From Eledone cirrhosa (Eukaryota), in assembly GCA_964016885.1 (NCBI GenBank), contig CAXHJY010000106.1:19262-83261 (forward strand): 64,000 bases of DNA. The letters run 5' to 3'. This document shows positions 15,397-30,018 of the stretch, in pieces (position 1 is the stretch's first letter; each line of letters opens with the position of its first letter). Both the position numbers and the translations under genes were made by a program. Below the pieces are notes generated by a model. The model worked only from the letters and a program-made list of their open reading frames with translations. It was not told the origin of the DNA and ran no database searches.

Positions 15397-15587
15397 TCGT
15401 ATATATATACACATATACATATATGCTCATTTAAGATCCATTGAAATAGATATGTATCTAAACTGAAAACATATACATACGTAAATATATCTTTACATCC
15501 TTACATAGATGTGTTTGTATATATAATATATATGCATATATATAATATGTATATTTATATATATATATATATATATAAATATATATT

Positions 15588-15625
<38 letters not shown>

Positions 15626-15657
15626 AATATATATTTATATATATATAAATATATATT

Positions 15658-15715
<58 letters not shown>

Positions 15716-16049
15716 AATATATATTTATATATATATATATATAAATATATGTGTATATATACACATATATATATATATAAATATATGTCTATATATATAC
15801 GAGTATATATATGATTATAAATATATATCTATATATACATCTATATATATTTAAATATTTATATATATATATATATATATGTATGTGTACTTGAGTATAT
15901 ATCTCTGAGTAAAAATTATATATACACACATATATCGGTATATATATCCTCGCGGTCTCCAGCGTTATTGTTCACCGTCTACTTGGCTAAGTGTAGTATG
16001 TGTCCCGAACAACTCTTAGCTAGATCTATATTGGAACGTATATGGTTCA

Positions 16050-16086
<37 letters not shown>

Positions 16087-16116
16087 CAAATATGTATATA
16101 CACTTATATATATACC

Positions 16117-16185
<69 letters not shown>

Positions 16186-16240
16186 TCATACACAGATATA
16201 TACATATATACAGAGATACATACACATACATACATACATT

Positions 16241-16281
<41 letters not shown>

Positions 16282-16700
16282 ACATACATACATACATACT
16301 TATATATATATAGAGAGACTTACATACATACACACATATATACATACATACATACACACATATATACATACATACATACATACATACACACTTATATACA
16401 TCATAGCCTCCTTCAATAATCACCATAGCCTTACATAGCCTTACATATGTCCATATAACGTATCGTCTGTTTTTATTGAAATCTGTCCGTCCCCTTCAAT
16501 GACCCTTCACCCCGTCTACACTGGTGTTCTAGTTAAAGATTCGAATGAAAAAAACTAGAGAAACCCTAATGTCCTCCCTCCCATCTATAATTCAAACCTG
16601 AGAGATGTTTTACCCCCTAACTTTTGTCTCCGGTTTAATATATATTCATATATTCCACTACTTATCTAAAATCTAACCATCTGCATTTATGTCACCTCGG

Positions 16701-16813
<113 letters not shown>

Positions 16814-17032
16814 CGTGTGTGTGTCTGTGTATGTATGTATTTATGTCTGTCTGTCTATCTCTCTCACGTATGTATGTATATATATATGTCTCTCTGTCTC
16901 TCTCTCTCTCACACATATTATATACATATATATACATATATATATACACAGTCTGACACATATATTTCTCACACACTCAAACCCATATATATATATATAT
17001 ATACAAACAAATATATACCAAATTATATATAC

Positions 17033-17063
<31 letters not shown>

Positions 17064-17577
17064 TTATATATATATATATACACAAATATTTTACACTCTT
17101 ATATACACACATATATATACATTCATATATACATGCATTATATATATATATATACACACTCAGACTTATTCACACGTCCCGTCTATATTTCCTTCTAACT
17201 CTTACTATCTAATTTGCTCTCTTTGCCTATCTCCCTCATTTTCTTACTGTACTACTCTCTCGATCTCTCTCTCTATCTATCTATATCGCACACAAACACA
17301 TATATCCTTTCTCTCTCTCTCTTTCTTTCTCTTTCCTCTTACCTTCCTCTCTCCCTCATTTTCTTATTTTACTCGTTTCTCTCTCTCTCTCTATCTCTCC
17401 AACACACATCTACATACATCATTTCTCTATTTCTCTCTCACGCTAACTTTCTCTCTCATCTCCTCTCTCCTCCCTCTCATCTCCCCCTTCTCTCTGGATG
17501 TGATTCTCTCTCTCTTTCTCTAACGCTATCTCATTGTCTCTCGTATGTTTCTCTGTTTTCAGTACGTGTATCTAGAT

Positions 17578-17625
17578 CAGGCATGGGCAACCTTTCTCGA
17601 GAAGAGGGCCGTTTTAACCCATTGC
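17578..17625 (+). mobile_element. left end of a hAT MITE related to 4377-4669
   Basis: atctagat followed by CAGGCATGGGCAACC. No matching right TIR found. Confidence 0.55.
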
Positions 17626-17645
17626 CTGACAGACCCATCCAAGAC

Positions 17646-17930
17646 AGATATCTCAGGGCCCTTGTGCCTGCACATAGACTGAGTTGGCCGTAGATAGTCA
17701 TTGCCGGACACCTAGTCTTTCAGATATCTCAGCGCTACTTGTGCCTCTTCATAGGCTGAGATGGAGAGGAGTCAGAGCCGTATCAACTCATTGTCGGACT
17801 CCTAAGATTTCAGATATCCCAGAGTCACTTGTGCCTGCACATAGGAAGAGTTGGGATCAAGGCTGTCTCATTGCCGGGCTCAAAGACAAATATCTCAAGA
17901 TCCTTTGCGCATCCGCACAGAGCTGAATAG
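17646..17930. repeat. 4 diverged 75-90 bp tandem units
   Basis: ca(g/a)atatc(t/c)ca...ttg(t/c)gc...ca(t/c)ag recurs at 17646, 17721, 17811 and 17887. Confidence 0.75.
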
Positions 17931-18118
17931 AAAAAGATTTACCTACAGTTAAACACACATAGGAATAATAAGGTTGTTACCAAAGTGCCAGAAATTTGTC
18001 AAGTCGACCCTAAATACGACTAATAGCTCTAGGCAAGCCATGAACGACACCACATCTGCGTAACTTTGATTTTGAAAGTAGGTTTATAATTATTAATTTT
18101 CATTATACTTTTGTAGCT

Positions 18119-18189
18119 GTCTCGGCGGCCTAGTTGGAGGAATCACAGACGGTGGTGATCCTGGTCTGAAGTTCGATCCTTGTCGAGAT
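18119..18189 (+). ncRNA. tRNA-like Pol III unit (left arm)
   Basis: Acceptor-like stem GTCTCG/CGAGAT, A-box-like CGGCCTAGTTGG, stem ATCAC/GTGAT, B-box GTTCGATCC and a T9 run at 18215. Confidence 0.5.
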
Positions 18190-18254
18190 TACGGTTCCCG
18201 GTAAAACTTTTCAGTTTTTTTTTCTATGGGGTGTGAAATAAAAACTGAAAAAGA

Positions 18255-21200
18255 TTACATGTACCTTCTGACCATCTTAACCGTCTCTAGTACCTGCCAT
18301 TAGACCACAGAGACAGCTACGATAATCTATTGAAAATTCATACTTATAAACCTACCATGTACTTTCTGACCAGGATTGAACCCAAAACCGGGATCTTAAC
18401 CGTCTCTAGTACCTGCCATTAGGCCACAGAGACAACTACGAAAATCTACTGAAAATTCATACTTATAAACCTACCATGTACCTTCTGACCAGGATTGAAC
18501 CCAAAACCGGGATCTTAACCATCTCTAGTACCTGCCATTAGGCCACAGAGACAACTACGATAATCTACTGAAAATTCATACTTATAAACCTACAATGTAC
18601 CTTCTGACCAGTATTGAACCCAAAACCGAGATCTTAACCGTCTCTAGTACCTGCCATTAGGCCACAGAGACAACTACGATAATCTACTGAAAATTCATAC
18701 TTATAAACCTACCATGTACCTTCTGACCAGGATTGAACCCAAAACCGGGATCTTAACCGTCTCTAGTACCTGCCATTAGGCCACAGAGACAACTACGAAA
18801 ATGTACTGAAAATTCATACTTATAAACCTACCATGTACCTTCTGACCAGGATTGAACCCAAAACCGGGATCTTAACCGTCTCTAGTACCTGCCATTAGAC
18901 CACAGAGACAACTACGATAATCTACTGAAAATTCATACTTATAAACCTACCATGTACCTTCTGACCAGGATTGAACCCAAAACCGGGATCTTAACCGTCT
19001 CTAGTACCTGCCATTAGGCCACAGAGACAACTACGAAAATGTACTGAAAATTCATACTTATAAACCTACCATGTACCTTCTGACCAGGATTGAACCCAAA
19101 ACCGGGATCTTAACCGTCTCTAGTACCTGCCATTAGGCCACAGAGACAACTACGAAAATGTACTGAAAATTCATACTTATAAACCTACCATGTACCTTCT
19201 GACCAGGATTGAACCCAAAACCGGGATCTTAACCATCTCTAGTACCTGCCATTAGGCCACAGAGACAACTACGATAATCTACTGAAAATTCATACTTATA
19301 AACCTACCATGTACCTTCTGACCAGGATTGAACCCAAAACCGGGATCTTAACCGTCTCTAGTACCTGCCATTAGGCCACAGAGACAACTACGATAATCTA
19401 CTGAAAATTCATACTTATAAACCTACCATGTACCTTCTGACCAGGATTGAACCCAAAACCGGGATCATAACCGTCTCTAGTACCTGCCATTAGGCCACAG
19501 AGACAACTACGATAATCTACTGAAAATTCATACTTATAAATCTACCATGTACCTTCTGACCAGGATTGAACCCAAAACCGGGATCTTAACCGTCTCTAGT
19601 ACCTGCCATTAGGCCACAGAGACAACTACGAAAATCTACTGAAAATTCATACTTATAAACCTACCATGTACCTTCTGACCAGGATTGAACCCAAAACCGG
19701 GATCTTAACCGTCTCTAGTACCTGCCATTAGGCCACAGAGACAACTACGAAAATCTACTGAAAATTCATACTTATAAACCTACCATGTACCTTCTGACCA
19801 GGATTGAACCCAAAACCGGGATCTTAACCGTCTCTAGTACCTGCCATTAGGCCACAGAGACAACTACGAAAATCTACTGAAAATTCATACTTATAAACCT
19901 ACCATGTACCTTCTGACCAGGATTGAACCCAAAACCGGGATCTTAACCGTCTCTAGTACCTGCCATTAGGCCACAGAGATAACTACGAAAATCTACTGAA
20001 AATTCATACTTATAAACCTACCATGTACCTTCTGACCAGGATTGAACCCAAAACCGGGATCTTAACCGTCTCTAGTACCTGCCATTAGGCCACAGAGACA
20101 ACTACGAAAATCTACTGAAAATTCATACTTATAAACCTACCATGTACCTTCTGACCAGGATTGAACCCAAAACCGGGATCTTAACCGTCTCTAGTACCTG
20201 CCATTAGGCCACAGAGACAACTACGAACATCTACTGAAAATTCATACTTATAAACCTACCATGTACCTTCTGACCAGGATTGAACCCAAAACCGGGATCT
20301 TAACCATCTCTAGTACCTGCCATTAGGCCACAGAGACAACTACGATAATCTACTGAAAATTCATACTTATAAACCTACCATGTACCTTCTGACCAGTATT
20401 GAACCCAAAACCGGGATCTTAACCATCTCTAGTACCTGCCATTAGGCCACAGAGACAACTACGATAATCTACTGAAAATTCATACTTATAAACCTACCAT
20501 GTACCTTCTGACCAGTATTGAACCCAAAACCGGGATCTTAACCATCTCTAGTACCTGCCATTAGGCCACAGAGACAACTACGATAATCTACTGAAAATTC
20601 ATACTTATAAACCTACCATGTACCTTCTGACCAGGATTGAACCCAAAACCGGGATCTTAACCGTCTCTAGTACCTGCCATTAGGCCACAGAGACAACTAC
20701 GAAAATGTACTGAAAATTCATACTTATAAACCTACCATGTACCTTCTGACCAGGATTGAACCCAAAACCGGGATCTTAACCGTCTCTAGTACCTGCCATT
20801 AGGCCACAGAGACAACTACGAAAATGTACTGAAAATTCATACTTATAAACCTACCATGTACCTTCTGACCAGGATTGAACCCAAAACCGGGATCTTAACC
20901 GTCTCTAGTACCTGCCATTAGGCCACAGAGACAACTACGAACATCTACTGAAAATTCATACTTATAAACCTACCATGTACCTTCTGACCAGGATTGAACC
21001 CAAAACCGGGATCTTAACCGTCTCTAGTAACTGCCATTAGGCCACAGAGACAACTACGATAATCTACTGAAAATTCATACTTATAAACCTACGATGTACC
21101 TTCTGACCAGGATTGAACCCAAAACCGGGATCTTAACCGTCTCTAGTACCTGCCATTAGGCCACAGAGACAACTACGATAATCTACTGAAAATTCATACT

Positions 21201-22163
21201 TATAAACCTACCATGTACCTTCTGACCAGGATTGAACCCAAAACCGGGATCTTAACCATCTCTAGTACCTGCCATTAGGCCACAGAGACAACTACGAACA
21301 TCTACTGAAAATTCATACTTATAAACCTACCATGTACCTTCTGACCAGGATTGAACCCAAAACCGGGATCTTAACCGTCTCTAGTACCTGCCATTAGGCC
21401 ACAGAGACAACTACGAAAATGTACTGAAAATTCATACTTATAAACCTACCATGTACCTTCTGACCAGGATTGAACCCAAAACCGGGATCTTAACCGTCTC
21501 TAGTACCTGCCATTAGGCCACAGAGACAACTACGAAAATCTACTGAAAATTCATACTTATAAACCTACCATGTACCTTCTGACCAGTATTGAACCCAAAA
21601 CCGGGATCATAACCGTCTCTAGTACCTGCCATTAGGCCACAGAGACAACTACGAACATCTACTGAAAATTCATACTTATAAACCTACCATGTACCTTCTG
21701 ACCAGGATTGAACCCAAAACCGGGATCTTAACCGTCTCTAGTACCTGCCATTAGGCCACAGAGACAACTACGAACATCTACTGAAAATTCATACTTATAA
21801 ACCTACCATGTACCTTCTGACCAGGATTGAACCCAAAACCGGGATCTTAACCGTCTCTAGTACCTGCCATTAGGCCACAGAGACAACTACGAAAATGTAC
21901 TGAAAATTCATACTTATAAACCTACCATGTACCTTCTGACCAGTATTGAACCCAAAACCGAGATCTTAACCGTCTCTAGTACCTGCCATTAGGCCACAGA
22001 GACAACTACGAAAATCTACTGAAAATTCATACTTATAAACCTACCATGTACCTTCTGACCAGTATTGAACCCAAAACCGAGATCTTAACCGTCTCTAGTA
22101 CCTGCCATTAGGCCACAGAGACAACTACGAAAATCTACTGAAAATTCATACTTATAAACCTAC
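18255..22163 (-). repeat. 119-bp satellite, 32 full units plus 1 deleted unit, each tRNA-like
   Basis: Period 119 (18354 to 22162 = 32 x 119). The minus-strand unit contains TGGCCTAATGG (A-box) and GGTTCAATCC (B-box). Confidence 0.95.
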
Positions 22164-22191
22164 TTTCAAAATTTTCAATACAAAATGTGTT

Positions 22192-22770
22192 GTCGATTCT
22201 TCCTCTATATCTCTTTCCCATTTCCACTCTAACTTTCTATGGAAGAAACCAGCTGTATTCAGGCCTGGAGAGGTACGGACGCACTCAGGCTTAAAATGCC
22301 CCCAAAACGCCGTATGTCAATACGTCACCCCTATGATTATATCAGGAGTTAAGGAACCATGCATACATACATACATGCAAATGTAATTGTTTCTACTTTA
22401 GGCACAAGGCCAGCAATTACCCAGCGCATTGCTGGTACTTTCTTTTATCGACCCCGTAAGGATGAAAGGCAAAGTCAACCTCGGCGGGATTTGAATTCAG
22501 ATCATAAAGGGACGTAACTATGCTGGAAAGCATGGCGTCCAACCCTCTACCAAAATGTAATACCAGTCTAGTACTGGTGTCGATTCTAGCTCTAATATAT
22601 CTCTCCCTCATTTCCTCTCTCCCTCACTTTCTAACTTTCTCTGGAAGAAATCTGCTGTACACAGACCCGGGGAGGAATGGGCTCAGCCAGGCTTTAAAAT
22701 GCCCAAGTCAATACATACGGCGCCTTTACGACTCCACCAAGAGTTACGGGACTATACAGTCATACATATA
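22192..22770 (+). mobile_element. two copies (22192-22365, 22560-22765) of an alternative SINE 3' tail ending in (CATA)n
   Basis: gtcgattct...ggaagaaa..gctgta...aaaatgccc...gagtta..g.ac.at. Also seen attached to an S1-type body at 41092-41450. Confidence 0.6.
22388..22552 (-). mobile_element. SINE S1 with TSD aaatgtaat
   Basis: Colinear with 5688-5871; aaatgtaat on both sides. Confidence 0.85.
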
Positions 22771-23105
22771 TAAATATGAAACTGTACTGAAATGACCGCC
22801 AGATGGGGCGGCGGTGAAACGCTACTAAAATAAGATGTTACAAGTGGTTGGCTAGAAAACTTTCTCAGACACTCCTCGTTTCTGTTGTTATGAGTGGCTC
22901 ATAAATTACTTGATAATCCCCCAAAATATTTCCGAAATGAAATACATTCATTGACCCCTCCCCTCCGCTGCACCACTCACATCACCACACCGCCCTTCAT
23001 GTAACTCTCCTTATATATTTTATGGGGAACGAGCACAAACACGTAAATGTAAATGTATATACACATATGTATATTTATATATATACACATATATATTTAT
23101 AAATG

Positions 23106-23168
<63 letters not shown>

Positions 23169-23189
23169 GTATATTTATAAATGTATGTG

Positions 23190-23221
<32 letters not shown>

Positions 23222-23310
23222 TGTTTATAAATGTAAGTATATATATATATACACATATGTATATTTATAAATGTATATATATATATATATACACATATGT
23301 ATATTTATAA

Positions 23311-23353
<43 letters not shown>

Positions 23354-23376
23354 CACATGTATGTTTATAAATGTAA

Positions 23377-23435
<59 letters not shown>

Positions 23436-23836
23436 TATTTATAAATATATGTGTATATATGTATATATGTATATATATATTAGGTATGTATAAATATTCA
23501 TGCATCTATGGTTTTGTACATGTCATGGGAAAAACTTAAAAAACATGATTAGGAATATGTATGAGGTGGAAATAAGTATGTATATACATATATATATATA
23601 TATATAAATATATATATAAATAAATATATATATATATATGCACACACACGCAAACCCAAATATATATGTGTGTGTGTGGGGGGGGGGTTACATATGTGTG
23701 TGTATGTGTGAGTATAGGATGTGTTGATTGTGCTTAAATGGCTATGTACATACCATTACATCCACACAAAAACACAATTACATATATTTATATTTATATA
23801 TATATATATTTATATATATATATATATATATATTTT

Positions 23837-23867
<31 letters not shown>

Positions 23868-24158
23868 ATTTATATATATATATATTTATATATATATATA
23901 TATATTTTTATATATATATATTTATATTTATATATATTTATATCTATATATATTTATATATAACCACTTATATATATTTATTTGTGTGTCTGTTTCAGGA
24001 TGTTTAGACAATTATATTTTTGTTTATGAGGTTATTTAATAGTGTACGTATATATAATGTTGAGTGTATATATATATGTATGTGAATATACTGTATGTGA
24101 ATACATACATACAGAATTAAATGTGTGATTGTATGGATGGAAAATGACACTTCAAAGC

Positions 24159-24218
<60 letters not shown>

Positions 24219-24239
24219 AGGAATACGTATATATATATT

Positions 24240-24307
<68 letters not shown>

Positions 24308-24349
24308 AATATATATATGTAGGAATACATATATATATATTTATATATT

Positions 24350-24391
<42 letters not shown>

Positions 24392-24462
24392 AAAATGTAT
24401 ATATATAAATACATATATGTATGTATATATATGTATAAATACATATATAAATATATTCATGC

Positions 24463-24506
<44 letters not shown>

Positions 24507-24507
24507 T

Positions 24508-24554
<47 letters not shown>

Positions 24555-24730
24555 ATATATGGAGGAGGGAGGCGGGAAAATGAAACATTAAGGGTGTCGA
24601 ATGAACAATATAAGATCAACAGGAATGATAACATCATTGAATAAGTGATAAGGCACACACTAACGTCATATATATATATATATATATATACACACACTGT
24701 GTATATATATATACATATATATATATATAT

Positions 24731-24788
<58 letters not shown>

Positions 24789-24883
24789 GTATGTCTTTGT
24801 GAGTATGAGTGTGACAGCGTGTGAGTGTATATTTTAATTCTTTATCTGGATATTTCTGTATATATATGTGTATATATATATTT

Positions 24884-24962
<79 letters not shown>

Positions 24963-24976
24963 TATATTCATATTCG

Positions 24977-25015
<39 letters not shown>

Positions 25016-25034
25016 GTATATGCATATTTATGTG

Positions 25035-25097
<63 letters not shown>

Positions 25098-25282
25098 AAT
25101 GTGCGGGTTAGAGAGGGGGTGGGAGAGAGAGAGAGAGGTGTATGTGTCAGTATGAATGGGAGGCAGACATATGTAGCTAAAGCGAGGCTATACAATGAGA
25201 TATATCTCTGATGGAGTCGCTTGATTAGGATCCGTCAAAATATTACATTACTTGCATCATATCTGAAGTATATGTATGTATG

Positions 25283-27265
25283 TTTTCTCTTTCTCTTAAT
25301 TTCGAGTATATTTTTTTGACCGGCCACCTTCCTGGTGGCAAGGTTGTAAAAGAAAAGAAATTGTCATCCCTTGAATCGCAAGAATGTTTTGCATATTTTG
25401 AAGGTGCCAGCTATCGCAGCCATTTGTAGACTATGAATTAGGGAGCTGCGCTTTTTGTCCGCAAATCCAAGTTCGGTCATACTTTGGTCCAAGCGGGTTG
25501 GTATATAACCCGTAGCACCAATAATGATGGGTATGAAGCTAAAGGTGTATCTTGGATACTGGATTTGTAAGCTCCTCATCAATGGTCCGTAGATGTCCTC
25601 CTTCTCCTGTATTTTTCTGACAACGTTTACATCAAGTGGGCAGCTGATCTCCACAACAGAACACGTTTTCAATGTGTGGTCCCAAACTACAATATCAGGC
25701 CGGTTGTGCTTTAATTTGGTGGCAGTTTTTATTTTCAGGTTCCACCAGTATTCCTTAGTGCCATCTGTCTCAATATATTCTTCCTCGTTTGTTGTTAATT
25801 TTGTTTTCCGAAGTGCGTTCCAGATAGTTCTAGCTATCCCATCGTGTCTCATGGGGAGGTAGTAGCGAGATGACATTCTTTCGCAGCTGGCAACAATGTG
25901 GCTTACATCCTCGATCTTTGTTTTACATAGCCTACATTTATTGTCAGCTGCTGGCCCTCCTCTTTTGTGCAGCAGATATTTGGTAGGGAGTTCTTGTTCC
26001 TGTATTGCATAGAGATATCCCTCAAGGTGTGATGTCATAAACTTGTCGGAACTCCATGCCAGGCTTTTTGAGTGGTTTATCCCCTCTATGGTCTGTGTTT
26101 TACGCCTCAAGTATCCATGCACAACTTTCTCTGTAAATTGGTCAATTTTTTTTTCTTGTTTGAACATTGAATAGGATCTTCCGATTTCTCTGGGTGAGAG
26201 ATTTATATCAGGCTTTATTCCATATCTCTCCTCCAGATCAGTCGCTATTCTAATGATATTTCTTTTTTCATGCTCATAAACCTGAGCAAGATGGTCGCCA
26301 ACCTTTTTCCTCTGTTGAAGGTGTTGCTTCAGTGTTACTATCCGGGTTTCATATGTTGTTAATATTGATTTTAGACCCCGGCCACCTTCCTTGCGTGAGA
26401 AGTATAGCCTATCCACATCACCATTGATGTTAAAGTTCCCAGTAACACTGAGAAGTTTACGAGTTCTAACATCCATCTCACTTAGTTCTTGCAATGACCA
26501 GTTCAGTAGGCCAAATGTTGGCGTTAGAATTGGCACAGCATAGGTATTGTGGGCAATGTATTTGTTGTATGCTGACAGTTCTGATGACCATATTTTTTTT
26601 ACTCTTCTGAGGTATTCAGTTCTGGTTCTCTCCTTATTTATGGGTCCATCATATCTGACATTCTCATCCTGTCCAAGATATCTGTAGTTGTCACCTGACT
26701 GCAGAGGTTGTATTGTCAGGCCGTTCATATCTAGATTTCTAGAGGAGGGCACAGCTCTTCCACGTTTTACTGCCAAATATGCACACTTGGACTCACCAAA
26801 TTTCATTTTGATGTCGGTTGAAAATTGTGTAATGAGGTCCAATTGTTTCTTGATGTCATTGATATTTGGCCCATACAACTTCAGGTCATCAACAAAGAAA
26901 AGATGGGAGATACTTCTGGGCCCACTTCTTTGTCCACCTTGTTTCCTGAGTAGGTAAGATAGTGGATTCAGTGAGAGAACGAAGAGTAGTACTGACAAGC
27001 TATCACCCTGAAAGATGCCCTTCTGGTAATGTATCCTATCAGTCTTAACCTGCTCCTTCTCACCTCTAAGGATCAAATTGGTGTACCAGTTCTTGGTCAG
27101 GCGTTCAACAGCAGCTACTAATGGTTGTGGGACTTTAGCTAACTGTAAAGCCTTAATAATCCACCCATGAGGTACACTATCAAATGCTTTTTGATAGTCC
27201 AGCCACACGACAGTCATGTTTCTGCGATTCTTTGTTGTTTTTTCCTGAATCATTTTGTTAGTTAG
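25283..27265 (-). mobile_element. R4/Dong-like LINE inserted in a (CATA)n tract
   Basis: An ~80-nt 3' UTR runs into catacatacata, and the 5' junction abuts a long (CATA)n. Confidence 0.85.
25364..27265 (-). CDS. reverse transcriptase / CCHC / restriction-like endonuclease of an R4/Dong-clade non-LTR retrotransposon, 5'-truncated
   Basis: Motifs [56 protein letters not shown] and RPDIVV..VVEISCP..K..Y. About 630 uninterrupted codons; the ORF-track N-terminus (27266-27490) is only microsatellite. Confidence 0.95.
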   Translation of the reverse strand, partial: LTNKMIQEKTTKNRRNMTVVWLDYQKAFDSVPHGWIIKALQLAKVPQPLVAAVERLTKNWYTNLILRGEKEQVKTDRIHYQKGIFQGDSLSVLLFVLSLNPLSYLLRKQGGQRSGPRSISHLFFVDDLKLYGPNINDIKKQLDLITQFSTDIKMKFGESKCAYLAVKRGRAVPSSRNLDMNGLTIQPLQSGDNYRYLGQDENVRYDGPINKERTRTEYLRRVKKIWSSELSAYNKYIAHNTYAVPILTPTFGLLNWSLQELSEMDVRTRKLLSVTGNFNINGDVDRLYFSRKEGGRGLKSILTTYETRIVTLKQHLQQRKKVGDHLAQVYEHEKRNIIRIATDLEERYGIKPDINLSPREIGRSYSMFKQEKKIDQFTEKVVHGYLRRKTQTIEGINHSKSLAWSSDKFMTSHLEGYLYAIQEQELPTKYLLHKRGGPAADNKCRLCKTKIEDVSHIVASCERMSSRYYLPMRHDGIARTIWNALRKTKLTTNEEEYIETDGTKEYWWNLKIKTATKLKHNRPDIVVWDHTLKTCSVVEISCPLDVNVVRKIQEKEDIYGPLMRSLQIQYPRYTFSFIPIIIGATGYIPTRLDQSMTELGFADKKRSSLIHSLQMAAIAGTFKICKTFLRFKG

Positions 27266-27315
27266 TATGTATGTATGTATGTATGTATGTATGTATGTAT
27301 GTATGTATGTATGTA

Positions 27316-27348
<33 letters not shown>

Positions 27349-27489
27349 ATGTATGTATGTGTGTATGTATGTATGTATGTGTGTATGTATGTATGTATGT
27401 ATGTATGTGTGTGTGTATGTATGTACGTATGTATGTATGTATGTATGTATGTATGTGTGTGTGTATGTATGTATGTATGTATGTATGCA

Positions 27490-27524
<35 letters not shown>

Positions 27525-27879
27525 GTGTATGTGTGTATGTATGTATGTATGTATGTGTGTATGTATGTGTGTAGGTATGTATGTATGTGTGTATGTATGT
27601 ATGTATGTATGTGTGTATGTATGTGTGTATGTATGTATGGATGTATGTATGTATGTATGTATGTATGTGTGTATGTATGTATGTGTATGTATGTGTATAT
27701 GTATGTATGTGTGTATGTATGTATGTATGTATGTGTGTATGTATGTATGTATGTATGTATGTGTGTATGTGTGTGTGTATGTATGTATGTATGTATGTGT
27801 GTATGTATGTGTGTATGTATGTGTGTATGTATGTATGTATGTATGTATGTATGTATGTATGTATGTATGTATGTATGTA

Positions 27880-27910
<31 letters not shown>

Positions 27911-27919
27911 ATGTATGCA

Positions 27920-27953
<34 letters not shown>

Positions 27954-28365
27954 TATGTATGTATGTATGTATGTGTGTATGTATGTGTGTAGGTATGTAT
28001 GTATGTGTGTATGTATGTATGTATGTATGTGTGTATGTATGTGTGTATGTATGTATGGATGTATGTATGTATGTATGTATGTATGTGTGTATGTATGTAT
28101 GTGTATGTATGTGTATATGTATGTATGTGTGTATGTATGTATGTATGTATGTGTGTATGTATGTATGTATGTATGTATGTGTGTATGTGTGTGTGTATGT
28201 ATGTATGTATGTATGTGTGTATGTATGTGTGTATGTATGTGTGTATGTATGTATGTATGTATGTATGTATGTATGTATGTATGTATGTATGTATGTATGT
28301 ATGTGTGTATGTATGTATGTATGTATGTATGTGTGTATGTATGTATGTATGTATGTATGTATGTG
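27266..28365. repeat. compound (TATG)n/(TG)n tract with an internal ~418-bp tandem duplication
   Basis: Rare variants taggtatg (27572, 27990) and ggatg (27639, 28057) recur 418 bp apart. Confidence 0.85.
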
Positions 28366-28532
28366 TATATATATATATATGTATGTATATATATATATGT
28401 ATATATATATATGTATATATATATATATGTATATATATGTATATATATATATGTACATATATATATATGTATATATATGTATATATATATGTACATATAT
28501 ATATATGTATATGTATATATATGTATATATAT

Positions 28533-28568
<36 letters not shown>

Positions 28569-28578
28569 TGTATGTATA

Positions 28579-28646
<68 letters not shown>

Positions 28647-28656
28647 TGTATGTATA

Positions 28657-28697
<41 letters not shown>

Positions 28698-28756
28698 ATA
28701 TATGTATATATATATATGTATATATATACATATATATATGTATGTATATATATGTG

Positions 28757-28787
<31 letters not shown>

Positions 28788-28805
28788 GTATGTATATATA
28801 TAATG

Positions 28806-28889
<84 letters not shown>

Positions 28890-28893
<4 letters not shown>

Positions 28894-28980
28894 CTCTACA
28901 GTTCTTATATATTTGGTATATATATTTATCCTTATCGAGCCCTCTTTGGATTTTAGTCTTCAAAACTATTATTATTACTA
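28890..28980 (+). mobile_element. PLE-like family C 3' tail (also at 33255-33340 plus and ~61810-61890 minus)
   Basis: ttgctctac.gttcttatatatttg...ccttatcgagc.ctctttggattttagtcttca. Confidence 0.7.
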
Positions 28981-29241
28981 TAAAGAATTTTTTTCTTATA
29001 TCAAAGTTTAATGGGCACCCACTGATGATTTATAAGTGCCCACCTGCATATGTTCTTACAGAAAAATATGTTAGGCTTCTACATAAACCGGAAACATTCT
29101 CCCAACTTGTAGAAAACATATAATGAAACAATTGTTTGGAAAGAGAGATATATTTTAATTTTAATTATATCTCATATAAAATAATACATGTATATATATA
29201 TGTATATATGTATATATATATATATGTATATATATATATGT

Positions 29242-29292
<51 letters not shown>

Positions 29293-29360
29293 TGTATATA
29301 TATGTATATATATATATGTATATATATATGTATATAAATGTATATGTATATATATATATG

Positions 29361-29443
<83 letters not shown>

Positions 29444-29444
29444 G

Positions 29445-29521
<77 letters not shown>

Positions 29522-29534
29522 GTATATATATATT

Positions 29535-29598
<64 letters not shown>

Positions 29599-29838
29599 TA
29601 TATGTATATATATATATAGTATTAAGGATACTATTTATGGTTATGTATGTACTAAAACCTTTTATAGTTATATATATTTTAAACCCTAAACAGTGAAAGA
29701 CAGTAATTTATTACTACCTTATTACCAGTAAGATAAATAGCTCAATGTAATAACATCAGTTGTTCTACAGAGCAGTTATATAGAATATATATATATATAT
29801 ATAATATAAGATCAAAAGAAGGTTAAAGGAGTTCCATG

Positions 29839-29909
29839 TATTTTATTATGCGCATTTCAAAAACAAACATCATCATGCAATAATATTTGTGTTTTCATCA
29901 GATAAAACA
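29839..29909 (-). ncRNA. type I hammerhead ribozyme motif
   Basis: Mirror of 30019-30089. Confidence 0.8.
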
Positions 29910-30018
29910 GGAGAACATGATATGAAGGCTAAAAAACACTTGTGGATAGTGCAGTTTTAAATCAACATATCAACTGCACTATCCACAAGTGTTTTTTAGC
30001 CTTCATATCATGTTCTCC

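Larger units (their letters stand above)
18043..22195. mobile_element. foldback-like element with convergent tRNA-like arms
   Basis: Outer inverted repeat attttgaaagtaggtttataa (18069) / ttataaacctactttcaaaat (~22152-22172), with weaker homology further out. Inner inverted repeat ttttcagttttt / aaaaactgaaaa around a ~16-bp spacer. Confidence 0.7.

Noticed and set aside
18255-22163. CRISPR array or true tRNA gene cluster
   Set aside because: No unique spacers and a eukaryotic context. The units lack a proper anticodon stem and have an internal TTTT.
27266-27490. N-terminal extension of the 708-aa LINE ORF
   Set aside because: Pure (CATA)n read-through; the element is truncated within the RT domain.
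29022-29100. CTGATGA near 29023 as a hammerhead
   Set aside because: No stem II closing onto a GAAA.
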